Positions 10,430-20,471 of a DNA stretch of 64,000 nucleotides are shown one piece after another. The translations under genes and the position numbers were made by a program. Every line of letters starts with the position of its first letter. Position 1 is the first letter of the stretch. The notes under the pieces are model-generated. The model saw only the letters and a program-made list of their open reading frames with translations. It ran no database searches and had not been told where the DNA came from. Source of the stretch: an uncultured delta proteobacterium (lineage in GTDB: Bacteria; Desulfobacterota_D; UBA1144; Nemesobacterales; UBA2774); NCBI GenBank assembly GCA_963752995.1, contig CAVWAZ010000030.1, forward strand, positions 851,151 through 915,150. The letters run 5' to 3'.

Positions 10430-11252
10430 AGCGAACCTGAATTCTCTACGGACAAACTTTGTAATAAAACGTCGGTCGGAGCTGTAAATGTTTAGTAATT
10501 CCGGGCTGACATACTCCGGGAAAACATGGAATGAAGCGGGATTTATATTTCCCGACATTCACAAACGATTCCGAGCTAGCAACGGTTGTGAGCGGGCAAC
10601 AATTGCGAACAAGTAACGGAATCGAACGTGTGAGAATCCGGTCTATTCCTGCTGAATACTCAGACGTTTATGTGCTTGTGATGCTCCATTGAAACCAATA
10701 TAAATTGGTCGCCCTCGGCTGATTGCAAGTATGTTCCTTGAGTAGGTTCCCGGAGTCACACAACCTATATTGCGCAACGCGGCGATCCCATCCCTACACT
10801 GTCATTTCGAGGCAACGCCGAGAAATCTATCTTTGCTTTTCTCTTCCCGACATTACAGAATTTGCGACGGGTGAGCACCCGCGGGCGTGCGATCTCCAAG
10901 TTCCTCCTCTACCCAGTCAACAATAGAAGCCCATCCCGTTCGTCCTGAGCTTGTCGAAGGATTGAGCGGGCCCATTTTCAGCAAATTATGTACAGCCTTT
11001 TCATAACGCACACTACGTGTAGTGTAAAAATTTTTGCTTCTTTTCATCAAGGAAAAGATTTTAGGATAAAAAAACAGCCTTTCTCGCTTACTATGTAGTC
11101 GGATAATCCACACTACGTGTGTTCATCAAGGAAAAGAAGAATGTTTATTTTTGCTTCTTTATGTATTCCAAGTCCTTCGGAAAGCTCTGGGTAAACTCAG
11201 TGAAACGAATCGTGTCTCGGGAACAAGGCGTGAGATTTTGCCGCTTCAGGCA

Positions 11253-11291
11253 TAAAAAAAGGCGGCGGCCCTTCTCGGAGCCGCCGCCTTT
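11253..11291 (-). terminator. Rho-independent terminator for glnA; also serves the + strand, so it is bidirectional
   Basis: AAAAAAAGGCGGCGGCccttctcggaGCCGCCGCCTTTT is a perfect 9 bp GC stem flanked by A/T runs on both sides, 30 nt downstream of the glnA stop. Confidence 0.65.
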
Positions 11292-11323
11292 TGATCTTTG
11301 ATACGCCGTTACGGCGTTTTTGT

Positions 11324-12790
11324 TTACACGTCGAAGTAAAGCTTGAACTCGTATGGAACTGGTCTCAGCTTAACCGGGTTTACTTCTTTATCTATCTTAT
11401 ATTCGATCCAGGTTTCTATAACGTCTTCCGTGAAGACATCGCCCTTCATCAGGAACTCGTGGTCGGCCTCGAGCGCCTTGAGTGCGTCTTCGAGGGATCC
11501 GGGAACGTTCGGTATTCCGGCCAATTCCTCCGGGCCGAGCGAGTAAATGTCCTTATCGAGCGGTTCGCCGGGGCTCAATTTCTTCTCTATACCGTCGAGT
11601 CCCGCCATCAGCATCGCCGAGAACGCGAGATAACCGTTACACGAAGGGTCGGGGAACCTGCACTCGAGCCTCTTCGCCTTGGGGCTCGGGGAATACATGG
11701 GGATCCTTATCGCTGCGCTCCTGTTCCTTGCCGAATAGGCCAGGTTTACCGGGGCCTCGAATCCCGGGACGAGCCTCCTGTAGGAGTTCGTGATCGGGTT
11801 CGTGAACGCGCATAATGCCCTCGCGTGCTTCAAGATACCGCCTATGTAGTTCATCGCGAGGTCGCTCATGCCCGCATAGCCGTTTCCGGCGAAAAGCGGT
11901 TTATCCTTTTTCCATATCGACTGGTGTACGTGCATACCGGAGCCGTTGTCCTCGAAAAGGGGCTTGGGCATGAACGTGACTGTCCGTCCGAATTTCTTCG
12001 CTACGTTTTTGAGTACGTACTTATACCACATCATCTGGTCCCCCATCTGTACGAGCGGGGAGAACCTCATGTCGATTTCGCACTGGCCGGCCGTGGCTAC
12101 TTCGTGATGGTGGGCTTCGATCTCGATTCCCAGCTTCTCGAGCACTACCACCATTTCCGAACGCATGTCCTGGAACGTGTCTGACGGCGGCGTGGGGAAG
12201 TATCCTTCCTTATGCCTCGGCTTGTAGCCCAGGTTCGGGTTCTCGTCTCTTCCCGAATTCCATATGCCCTCGATCGAATCCACGAAATAGTAACCCGTGT
12301 TCGAGGTCTGGTCGTATCTGACGTCGTCGAAAATAAAGAACTCGAGCTCCGGTCCGAAAAACGCGGTATCCCCGATGCCCGTGCTCCTCAAATAGGCGGC
12401 TGCCTTTTTCGCTATGTTGCGCGGATCGCGTGAATAGGGCTCGCGTGTAATCGGGTCTACTATGTCACATATTATCGCCAGGGTCGGGTGAGACATAAAA
12501 GGATCGATTCTGGCCGTCTCCGGGTCCGGGATAACGAGCATGTCGCTTGCATGTATGGACTGCCATCCCCTGATGCTCGACCCGTCGAATCCGAGACCGT
12601 CATCAAAAGTGCCTAGCTCGAACACGTGCGCGGGAACGCTGAAGTGCTGCCACATCCCCACGAAATCGAGAAACCGCAGGTCTACGAATTCTATGCTGTT
12701 ATCCTTAATTATTTTTAATACATCAGAGGGCTTTTTGGGAAACATCGCCTCTGGTCCTCCCTTGCTTTTAGACTTTATTGCTGTGGGCAT
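11324..12790 (-). CDS. glnA: Glutamine synthetase type I
   Basis: GSI signatures [42 protein letters not shown] and the C-terminal adenylylation-loop Tyr context ([11 protein letters not shown]). The homology start may be the internal [11 protein letters not shown], at 12745. Confidence 0.9.
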   Translation of the reverse strand: MPTAIKSKSKGGPEAMFPKKPSDVLKIIKDNSIEFVDLRFLDFVGMWQHFSVPAHVFELGTFDDGLGFDGSSIRGWQSIHASDMLVIPDPETARIDPFMSHPTLAIICDIVDPITREPYSRDPRNIAKKAAAYLRSTGIGDTAFFGPELEFFIFDDVRYDQTSNTGYYFVDSIEGIWNSGRDENPNLGYKPRHKEGYFPTPPSDTFQDMRSEMVVVLEKLGIEIEAHHHEVATAGQCEIDMRFSPLVQMGDQMMWYKYVLKNVAKKFGRTVTFMPKPLFEDNGSGMHVHQSIWKKDKPLFAGNGYAGMSDLAMNYIGGILKHARALCAFTNPITNSYRRLVPGFEAPVNLAYSARNRSAAIRIPMYSPSPKAKRLECRFPDPSCNGYLAFSAMLMAGLDGIEKKLSPGEPLDKDIYSLGPEELAGIPNVPGSLEDALKALEADHEFLMKGDVFTEDVIETWIEYKIDKEVNPVKLRPVPYEFKLYFDV

Positions 12791-12828
12791 ACTTTTACGG
12801 CTCCTCCTGTGGTTTAAAATTCAAAGAA

Positions 12829-13212
<384 letters not shown>

Positions 13213-13662
13213 TTATCTAAAAGCTTTTCAATCAATAATAATAGGGGTTTATAATAGGCGTCTCCCATTATAAGTGCCTAAAACTTAAGCAAAGCATTCT
13301 AAAAATTAAACATTCTGCGAGCATGTTCGGGGACCTCGCCGGTAATAGCGTATAAATTAACGGGCGGTCCTGAAAATATGAATCCGCTCCTTATATTTGA
13401 GATTGCGTGGGTATGGCATTCAAGTGGAGCTCTTGGGCGCAGTGTGGAATATCCATAATCCGTGAATGGAAGTATTTGCCTGCCGGGGGATATTTTGTCC
13501 GGGTGGTTTCAGCCGGGCGCATCGGCTATCACCCCAACTGCGCATTGATTTCATATTGTTGACGTTTTTTGTCAGATTCCCCCGTGCTTATACGACGGGG
13601 TTACTGGCAATATATTCTAATGATAATAGCCGGTTATGCGCCATTGCCGGATTTTTGCGCAG

Positions 13663-13679
13663 TGGCATGATTATTGCTC
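13663..13679 (+). promoter_or_regulatory. Candidate sigma-54 promoter for the MshEN-REC gene, divergent from glnB
   Basis: TGGCATGATTATTGCT matches TGGCAC-N5-TTGCA with correct GG-N10-GC spacing. Predicted TSS ~13690, immediately upstream of the ATG codons at 13692 and 13698. Confidence 0.4.
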
Positions 13680-13691
13680 ATTCTAACTTTT

Positions 13692-15062
13692 ATGAAAATG
13701 CATCTGGCAAAATTGCTGGTCAGGGAAGGTCTGGTCAGCGTTGAGCAGATAAGGGAATCCATAGAATACGGCGATGGATCCGGATTCGGTCTGGGTGAGT
13801 CCCTCGCCGCTCTCGGCTATGTTACGGAACAGCAGCTGGTCGAGTTCCTGAGCAGGCATTACGGGGTTCCGTCCATGGATATAGACGCCTGCGAGACGGA
13901 TGAAAGCGTGCTCAGACTCATTCCCATGGATACGGCTCTCGAGAAATTCCTGGTTCCTATAAGTGTCGAAGGCCCGGACTTGACTATCGCCGTCTCCGAC
14001 CCCTCGAATATTCTAATGCTGGACGACCTCGGTTTCATCACGGGTAAGAATATCAAGCCCGTTGTCGCCTCCGAGAGGTCAATCAGGAATAAATTAAACA
14101 CATACTATGGAAAGAACGATGCCTCCCGGGCCGCGTTGCATGAAGAAGGATCCGGAGAGCCCGGGATTGAGGTACTCGATGTAAATACGGAGCTTCATAA
14201 AAAGAACGAAGAGGACCTTGTTTTCGACTTTACGGACGGAAACGTAAGACGTGATGAAATTCCCTCAGCCGAATCCGGCGGCGGGCCGGATTTAAATGAA
14301 ACGGATATCGATACGAGCCACGAGATGAGCGTGAGCGCCGCTCAAGATAGTGATCCGGGGCCTGAAGACCCCGCACCTCAGGACGGGAATGGAATCCTAA
14401 TTCACGGCGTGGCCGAAGACGCTGACGATAATGAGCTCGGCGCGGCATCCGCGACCGGCCGGGACACTGAGCCGGGAGCGTATGATAAGGACACGCAATC
14501 AAATGAATCTCATGAAGAAAAGGCCGGTGAGACTATTTCTTCCGAACACATCACGGGTGCTGCATTCGAAACCCCTCGGGAATCGGATTCACCCTCGAAC
14601 GGGGACGGTAATTCCCCTTCGGCTGAAGAAACCTCCGCGGCCGCGCCTGTAATAAACGGCCCCGCTTCACCGGAGCGGAATGAAAAGATGCATGAAGAAA
14701 GAGGGTCGGTCCTTATCGTGGACTTCAGTCCGACCGTCAGAAAGATAATGAGAATCAGCCTTGAAAGGGCGGGGTATAAAGTAGTTTCGGCGGGTGACGG
14801 CATGCAGGCCCTCGCCAGCATCAATGAATCGATACCCGATCTGATTTTCGTCGATATAAAGCTTCCCCACATGGACGGTTATCAGCTCTGCAAGGTCATC
14901 AAGAGCCACGGCCTCACGAAGGAAGTACCCGTTGTCATGCTCTCGGGGAAAGTCGGGGTCCTCGATAAGATGAAGATAAAGATGGCCGGGGCGAGCGACT
15001 TTATAACCAAGCCGTTCGGATCGGAGGCTCTGGTCGGGGCTGCGGAGAAGTACGCTGGATAA
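13692..15062 (+). CDS. MshEN (T2SS/GspE N-terminal, c-di-GMP-binding type) domain + ~230 aa acidic low-complexity linker + C-terminal response-regulator receiver domain
   Basis: The N-terminus (HLAKLLVREGLVSVEQIRESIEY...LGESLAALGYVTEQQLVEFLSRHYGVPSMDIDACETDESVLRLIPMDTALEKFLVPI) matches the GspE_N/MshEN fold, including both halves of the 24-residue c-di-GMP motif. The C-terminal REC domain (LIVDFSPTVRKIM...IFVDIKLPHMDGYQLC...KPF) carries the phospho-acceptor Asp. The track start at 13674 (TTG) lies inside the putative promoter, so ATG 13692 or 13698 is preferred. Confidence 0.7.
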   Translation: MKMHLAKLLVREGLVSVEQIRESIEYGDGSGFGLGESLAALGYVTEQQLVEFLSRHYGVPSMDIDACETDESVLRLIPMDTALEKFLVPISVEGPDLTIAVSDPSNILMLDDLGFITGKNIKPVVASERSIRNKLNTYYGKNDASRAALHEEGSGEPGIEVLDVNTELHKKNEEDLVFDFTDGNVRRDEIPSAESGGGPDLNETDIDTSHEMSVSAAQDSDPGPEDPAPQDGNGILIHGVAEDADDNELGAASATGRDTEPGAYDKDTQSNESHEEKAGETISSEHITGAAFETPRESDSPSNGDGNSPSAEETSAAAPVINGPASPERNEKMHEERGSVLIVDFSPTVRKIMRISLERAGYKVVSAGDGMQALASINESIPDLIFVDIKLPHMDGYQLCKVIKSHGLTKEVPVVMLSGKVGVLDKMKIKMAGASDFITKPFGSEALVGAAEKYAG

Positions 15063-15114
15063 AGGCATCTGACATAATCTGCAGTAGAATGGTGTCGTAT
15101 AGGGATACGCCAAT

Positions 15115-15690
15115 ATGGTACGTAAATTTTTCGTTGTCGACAGGGAAGGAGATAACAAGGACTACGGTCAGGCTTTCGAGCCCGTCTCCGGGCAGGTATC
15201 GGAGGACGAGGTCAGGCTCGAAACAGGGCTTTTGCTATTGTTTTCGGAGCTGGCGCTCCTGATGGAAGAGTTAAGCGAGGTAAAGGATAAGGAGCCCGTT
15301 CAGTCTCTTAAAATTCTTTCCGATACAGTGAACAACGTGGCGGACTTTGCCGAACAGTCGCTCGGCGAGGCGCTCCGGGAGGGGTTTCTGCTTGACGCTC
15401 TCCTCGATGCGTCGGGGAGCTTCTCGCATCTGAAGCTCCTTCATGCGGATCATAACCGGCTCTCGGCCCAGACGGCGATCAACCTCTACGGCGGCTGGAC
15501 GGGTGACGCGAACGGCAAGAATCAGGCGTTCCGGCAGATATCGCTCGGAATGGTCCGTGTACTGGAGTCCTATTTAAATTACATCACGGAATTTTTCAGC
15601 ACGCCGTATCTGGCTCAGGAATGGAAGGAGACCCTGGAGATTTACATAAACGAGCTTAGTGGGCTGGTGAAGAGCGTCGTTTACAGGTAA
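15115..15690 (+). CDS. Hypothetical protein, probably co-transcribed with the MshEN-REC gene
   Basis: 191 aa, helical composition, no recognisable motif. It lies 52 nt downstream on the same strand. Confidence 0.45.
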   Translation: MVRKFFVVDREGDNKDYGQAFEPVSGQVSEDEVRLETGLLLLFSELALLMEELSEVKDKEPVQSLKILSDTVNNVADFAEQSLGEALREGFLLDALLDASGSFSHLKLLHADHNRLSAQTAINLYGGWTGDANGKNQAFRQISLGMVRVLESYLNYITEFFSTPYLAQEWKETLEIYINELSGLVKSVVYR

Positions 15691-15892
15691 TTCTTTAACG
15701 CGCCCGGCTGCGGCACGCCTCCGCACCCCTTACAGGGCCGCAAACCCGGCCCGCCTAAATGCTTTCCCGGAGAATATTATATTTACCCGGATTCATTGTG
15801 CATGCATGATTCCAAATTGCGCCGAACCTAGTTATATTATCCCTATCTAAAAACAGAGCACGCTCGGCGTTTCTCATTGGAAGGAGACCTAT

Positions 15893-16264
15893 ATGCGGAA
15901 AGAAAAGAACGTATTCGGCGAAGAGCTCGAGTCATGCTCGGTATCCCCGATGACCGGTTTTTACCGTGACGGCTGCTGCAGGACCGGACCTCAGGATCTC
16001 GGCATGCACGTAGTATGCACCGAGGTCACGAAGGAGTTTCTCGAATTCTCCAAAGCCCAGGGCAACGACCTTTCCACGCCCAATCCGGAATTCGAGTTCC
16101 CGGGCTTGAAACCCGGGGACAGGTGGTGTCTCTGCGCGCTCAGATGGAAGGAAGCGTACGACAGCGGGTTCGCCCCTCCCGTCATACTCGCATCCACACA
16201 CGAGTCCGTGCTCGAGGTCGTTTCAATCGGAGACCTGAAAAAATATGCGATCGACCTGGCATGA
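15893..16264 (+). CDS. DUF2237 family protein
   Basis: GGAAGGAG RBS. Conserved CSVSPMTGFYRDGCCRTGPQDLGMHVVC...FLEFSKAQGNDLSTPNPEFEFPGLKPGDRWCLCALRWKEA pattern of the DUF2237 family. Confidence 0.7.
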   Translation: MRKEKNVFGEELESCSVSPMTGFYRDGCCRTGPQDLGMHVVCTEVTKEFLEFSKAQGNDLSTPNPEFEFPGLKPGDRWCLCALRWKEAYDSGFAPPVILASTHESVLEVVSIGDLKKYAIDLA

Positions 16265-16292
16265 ACGGGTCCGCTTAAATAATTACACCTTA

Positions 16293-17492
16293 TTACTTCT
16301 CTTCTTTGGGCGCAGTATTGTCGATTCTGACCAGGACCCTCCTGGGCTCTATGTTTTCGAGGGAGATGTCCTTCGGGAACTTGAGGCTCGACTCCGATAT
16401 GTTCACGGTCTTTATCCCTTTCCTCGCCTCCGGAATCTTGAGGAATAGCTCGACCTCCTTCTCGTTGAAGAAGTAAAACGCCCTCCTCGGGCCGAGGAAC
16501 GTGACTTTGACCGTCTCGGGCTTGATGTCCTCGACCTTCAGCTCCGACGGCAGCGTCGTGTATTTGACCGGGACGTTGTAGGTCCTGTACACGAGCTTCG
16601 ATTCGTGGACGAATACGAACCAGAGGGCGACCGCCATGAATACGGCAATCGCTTTTTCCCGGTAGTTCTTCGTAAAGAATGTAAACCAGTGCTTTCTTTT
16701 TTTTATGGGGTTGACTTCACTGTAGAATTTTTCGAGGATCAGGTTTAGCTGTTCGCTGCCTATCCCTCTCAGCTCCCCGTTCCTCGCAACCGATATAGTC
16801 CCTTTCTCTTCCGATACCACCAGGCACAGCGCGTCGCTCTGCTCCGACAGCCCGAGTCCTGCCGCGTGTCTCGTGCCCCTGTTCATAAGCATGGCGAAGT
16901 TCTTGGATAACGGCAGGTGGCATGAAAATTTAACGACGTTCCCGTTATCGATGATTATGGCCCCGTCATGCCCTATCGAGTGCGGGTCGAGCAGGCTTTT
17001 AAGCAGGGGCTCGCTCAATTTCCCGTTCAGCGTCTTTCCGCCTTCGATCGCCCTCTCGATAGTGGTTTTCCCCGGGAGGATTATAAGCGCCCCGATTCTC
17101 TCCTCGGCCAGGTCCGTAATTGTATTTACCAGCACTTCGATCTCTTCACGGGACGAGCCCCGGGATTTTTCGAGAGCGAGCTGAGGGTTCAGGCTCCAGA
17201 GCGCGATCTGCTCCAGGAACTGCCTTATCTCCTCCTGGAATATGATTATGAGGGCGATGAATATTACCGCGAAAAAGGTCTGGAGCACCGAGGTCGTCAG
17301 CACCAGATTGAACTGACGCGCCAGGAGATAGACCAGGCTGACTATTATCACTCCGGTGAGCACGAAACGCGCCTTCGTCCTATTGAACAATACGAGCAGC
17401 GCGTAGATAAGGAGGGACATAAATGCTATATCGAACAGGCCGGGTATGCCTATTTCTTTTATTATATCGGTCACAAATTGGACGGGATTCAA
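16293..17492 (-). CDS. cdaA: Diadenylate cyclase CdaA fused to a CdaR/YbbR-like regulatory domain
   Basis: Three N-terminal TM helices, then a DAC domain with DGA and RHR-type motifs (HSIGHDGAIIIDNGNVV, GTRHAAGLGLSEQSDALCLVVSEEKGTISVARNG). A fourth TM helix (AIAVFMAVALWFVFV) follows, then a YbbR-like repeat (YNVPVKYTTLPSELKVEDIKPETVKVTFLGPRRAF...). Confidence 0.85.
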   Translation of the reverse strand: MNPVQFVTDIIKEIGIPGLFDIAFMSLLIYALLVLFNRTKARFVLTGVIIVSLVYLLARQFNLVLTTSVLQTFFAVIFIALIIIFQEEIRQFLEQIALWSLNPQLALEKSRGSSREEIEVLVNTITDLAEERIGALIILPGKTTIERAIEGGKTLNGKLSEPLLKSLLDPHSIGHDGAIIIDNGNVVKFSCHLPLSKNFAMLMNRGTRHAAGLGLSEQSDALCLVVSEEKGTISVARNGELRGIGSEQLNLILEKFYSEVNPIKKRKHWFTFFTKNYREKAIAVFMAVALWFVFVHESKLVYRTYNVPVKYTTLPSELKVEDIKPETVKVTFLGPRRAFYFFNEKEVELFLKIPEARKGIKTVNISESSLKFPKDISLENIEPRRVLVRIDNTAPKEEK

Positions 17493-17619
17493 TTACTCTA
17501 GCCCTTTAGTTTAGTTTTGTAAGTATATCAGAAGAGTCTCCGGTCTTACAGTTTTTTGTACGGGACAGCCCCTCTTCGTCACTGTGTATATCGATATATT
17601 ACTAAGCGCTTATTAGAAT

Positions 17620-18964
17620 TTATCGGATTTTCGAAACTAAAACGACCCTCAGGTCCATAACGTTCGTGTTCGTCGGACCGGTAATAAGTAGATCGCCGAG
17701 GGGCTTAAAAAAGTTATAGGAGTCGTTTTCCCGGAGATGCCTGTTTGCGTCGAGACCGAGCTTCCGGGCCCTCTCCACGGTGCTCCCGTCAGCCATGGCC
17801 CCTGCCGCGTCGGTAGGGCCGTCCGTGCCGTCCGTCCCTCCGCTCAGCACGAGGACGTTTTCGAGTCCGTCTATATCGACCGCCGTGGCGAGCGCGAATT
17901 CCTGATTCCTTCCCCCCGTCCCTTTCCCCCTGATCGTGACCGTCGTTTCCCCGCCCGATATGATGCACGCGGGCGCGTCTACGGGGTTCCCCGACGAGAC
18001 GACCTCCCTCGCTATCGCCGCATGCAGCTTCGCGGCGCCCGCGGTTTCGCCCCCGATGAAAGTCGAGAGTATGAGGGAATTATATCCGAGCGACGAGGCT
18101 TTCTCCTTTGCAGCACGGGCCGCCGCAATATTGCTCCCGACAATCACGTTCTCTGTACGTTCGAATGCGGGGTCTCCCGGCTTGGGGGTCTCCTCCTCTC
18201 CGCCCTTCTCGCCCCTTTCTATGTATTTAACGACCTCGGCGGGCAGCTTCCCTTCGAGCCCGTACTTGCCGATGATCTCTCTGCAGTCCCCGAACGTGCT
18301 CCTGTCCGGCACTGTCGGCCCCGATGCGATGGAGTCGAGGTCGTCCCCGATCACGTCCGACAGTACGAGGGAGATAAGCGTCGAAGGGTAGGCGAGTCTC
18401 GCGAGCCTCCCGCCTTTTACCCGCGACACGTGTTTTCTCAGCACATTTATCTCGTGTATCGTCGCGCCGCACTCGAGGAGCCTCTCAGTGAGTTCCCGCT
18501 TATCATCGAGCGTAAGCCCTTCGGCGGGCAGCGGCAGGAGGGCGGACCCTCCTCCAGATATGAGGAATACCACGAGGTCGCGCTCTCCCGTCTTTCCGAG
18601 GAGCGCAGCGATCGCATCTTCCGCCTTTAAGACCCGCCTCGTCGGGCACCGGATGGGCCGCTTCGTTTATTTTTACCTTTTTTAGCGCTGCCGTGTGCCC
18701 GTATTTCACGTTTATTATCCCCGCCCTGATCCGGTCTCCGAGTATATCCTCGACCGCGCGCGCCATGGGTGCGGCAGCTTTCCCCATCCCGATAACGTAG
18801 ATATTATCAAACCCCGAAAGCGCGTATCTGCTGCCGTTTACCCGGAGGACGCCGTTTCCGAGCCTCAGGTGTCTTTTTACTGCGTTTTCAGGATCGACCG
18901 CCCTTACGCCGGCCTCGAAAATGGAAATCGCGTCCTTTCTGAGCCTCTCCCTTTCCCTGTTCAT
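17620..18964 (-). CDS. Glycerate 2-kinase / hydroxypyruvate reductase family (MOFRL, DUF4147 N-domain), one gene with a +1 frame change near 18625
   Basis: ORF 18503..18964 is the DUF4147 N-domain (VIGMGKAAAPMARA...) and ORF 17620..18573 is the MOFRL C-domain (VVFLISGGGSALLPLP...GGTDGTDGPTDAAGA). Reading through aaaGGcgg with one G removed gives the expected ...DEAGLKAEDAIAALLGKTGERDLVVFLISGGGSA. Confidence 0.75.
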
Positions 18965-19092
18965 GGCCTCAAATTATAACGAGAGCGCGCCAATGTAACA
19001 ACAAACCGCATTACCCCTATCGGTGTCCCTATATTCCTCCGACGCGTGCTTCTCAGTTTTATAATCCGTAAAATCACAGGTAGATTCTTTTC

Positions 19093-19764
19093 ATGGGATT
19101 AATGCCGGACAACACCATTAATGGAGCCCTACGAGCGCTTATATTGCTGCCCCTCCTTCCGTTTGTGCTTTATATAGGCTTTGCCCGCGGGGCCGGCGGC
19201 GCGGACGATTCCCCTCAGGTTACGTGTCCCGACAGCTGTGATAACTCCCGGAAGAACTGCGAGCTCTCCTGCTCCCAAATCGTGGGCGGAGGGGTCGAGA
19301 GCGGGAAAAAGAGGGAGTGCTATGAAGCGTGCGCGAACGAGGAAGTCGGATGCGACGAGAGGTGCCTTAATCCGACACCCCGTCCCTCGCTCGAGCCCGA
19401 GCCCTATAGCGACGAGACCTGCGACGGGGCGTGCAAGTTCAGGTCGAGGGACTGCGCCGAGGCCTGCACGAGGTTTATCGGCGGGGGTGCTGCGAGCGTG
19501 GAAAGGGCGAACTGTGAAAATGACTGCCGGGAGGAGCTCGATAAGTGCAGCGGTCTCTGTGCCAATCCGAATGCCGCTCCTACGTTCGACCCTGAAGTCT
19601 TCGAGAATAACCCCTGCGCCGGGACCTGTGCGGAGAAGCTCGGGGAATGCGAAGGGACATGCTCTATGTTCTCCCGGGAAGGGGAGGACGGCGGGAAGCG
19701 CGGTGAGTGTATGAGGGGATGTAAAGACGTCGAGTATAATTGCCTTTCTTCGTGCCCGCGGTAA
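19093..19764 (+). CDS. Secreted cysteine-rich repeat protein (signal peptide + six C-x3-C-x6-C-x3-C modules)
   Basis: N-terminal signal/anchor (ALILLPLLPFVLYIGFARGAGGA). The six modules are CPDSCDNSRKNCELSC, CYEACANEEVGCDERC, CDGACKFRSRDCAEAC, CENDCREELDKCSGLC, CAGTCAEKLGECEGTC and CMRGCKDVEYNCLSSC, arranged as three ~65 aa pairs with GGG and Pro-rich spacers. The overlapping frame 19181..19714 is Arg-rich junk. Confidence 0.7.
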   Translation: MGLMPDNTINGALRALILLPLLPFVLYIGFARGAGGADDSPQVTCPDSCDNSRKNCELSCSQIVGGGVESGKKRECYEACANEEVGCDERCLNPTPRPSLEPEPYSDETCDGACKFRSRDCAEACTRFIGGGAASVERANCENDCREELDKCSGLCANPNAAPTFDPEVFENNPCAGTCAEKLGECEGTCSMFSREGEDGGKRGECMRGCKDVEYNCLSSCPR

Positions 19765-19818
19765 GCGGTAAATCTGTAAATATTTCTCCGTCTGTTTTTC
19801 CTGCCGAACTAATTTTAT

Positions 19819-20376
19819 CTATTCAGGGTCCTGCAGCCGGCCGAGCTGCGGCAGGTTCCCGAGCGCCTCCAGAATCTCGCCTTTTATGCTGTCCCTGCTC
19901 TCGAGGCTCATTCTAAAGAGCCGTACGTCTTCCCTTTCTTTTATCTTCCCCTTTATCCCCCCGTCCGTATGGGCTATTGTCGCGATAACGATATTTTTCG
20001 AGTCCAGCAGCTCCTGTATCGTCCGCACGAATTTTACGGAAAGGCATTCCATCTTGCCGATCTCGTCGATAATGATAATGCCCTCCCCGGATTCCGGTAA
20101 GCCGAGAGAATCGAGGAACGAATCGAAAGCGGTGACGTCGACCCTGTACTTCCCGATCTGATACGGGCTGTCGATGAATACGTGCGCCAGTATCGATTTT
20201 CTCCCGTCCAGGCTCACGAGCTGGAACCCCTTCCTCTCCCCCTTGTATCGTATCTCCTCGGTGTAAAACCCCCGGAGGCTATACCTCGACAGCTCATAGA
20301 CGAGCTGCTTTATGAGTGTGGTTTTCCCTATTCCCGGGAGCCCCGTAACAAGAATGTTCTTTCTTTCCCTGTCCAT
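19819..20376 (-). CDS. Nucleoside-triphosphatase, THEP1/NTPase_1 family (P-loop)
   Basis: Walker A ILVTGLPGIGKTTLIK, then GFYTEEIRYKGERKGFQLVSLDG and Walker B IIIIDEIGKMEC. The homology start is M at 20376; the track ORF extends to 20433. Confidence 0.7.
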   Translation of the reverse strand: MDRERKNILVTGLPGIGKTTLIKQLVYELSRYSLRGFYTEEIRYKGERKGFQLVSLDGRKSILAHVFIDSPYQIGKYRVDVTAFDSFLDSLGLPESGEGIIIIDEIGKMECLSVKFVRTIQELLDSKNIVIATIAHTDGGIKGKIKEREDVRLFRMSLESRDSIKGEILEALGNLPQLGRLQDPE

Positions 20377-20471
20377 GTCGTTTTGTTGCGTGATTGTTTT
20401 CGGGGAGGACCGCGGATGCGGGGCGCCGGTCACGGCTCCGGGTTGAATGCGGTTCGGAAAGCAGGCGGTTT

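Noticed and set aside
9317-10558. 413 aa minus-strand ORF
   Set aside because: Antisense to nuoL, whose frame carries conserved antiporter motifs.
11009-11160. CRISPR-like repeats
   Set aside because: Only two copies of each short element, in shuffled order, with no regular repeat-spacer periodicity and no cas genes nearby.
17737-18630. 297 aa + ORF
   Set aside because: Antisense to the glycerate kinase gene; Arg-rich junk.
19181-19714. 177 aa + ORF overlapping the Cys-repeat gene in another frame
   Set aside because: Arg/Ala/Ser-rich with no periodicity. The 19093 frame has a signal peptide and a strictly periodic Cys pattern.
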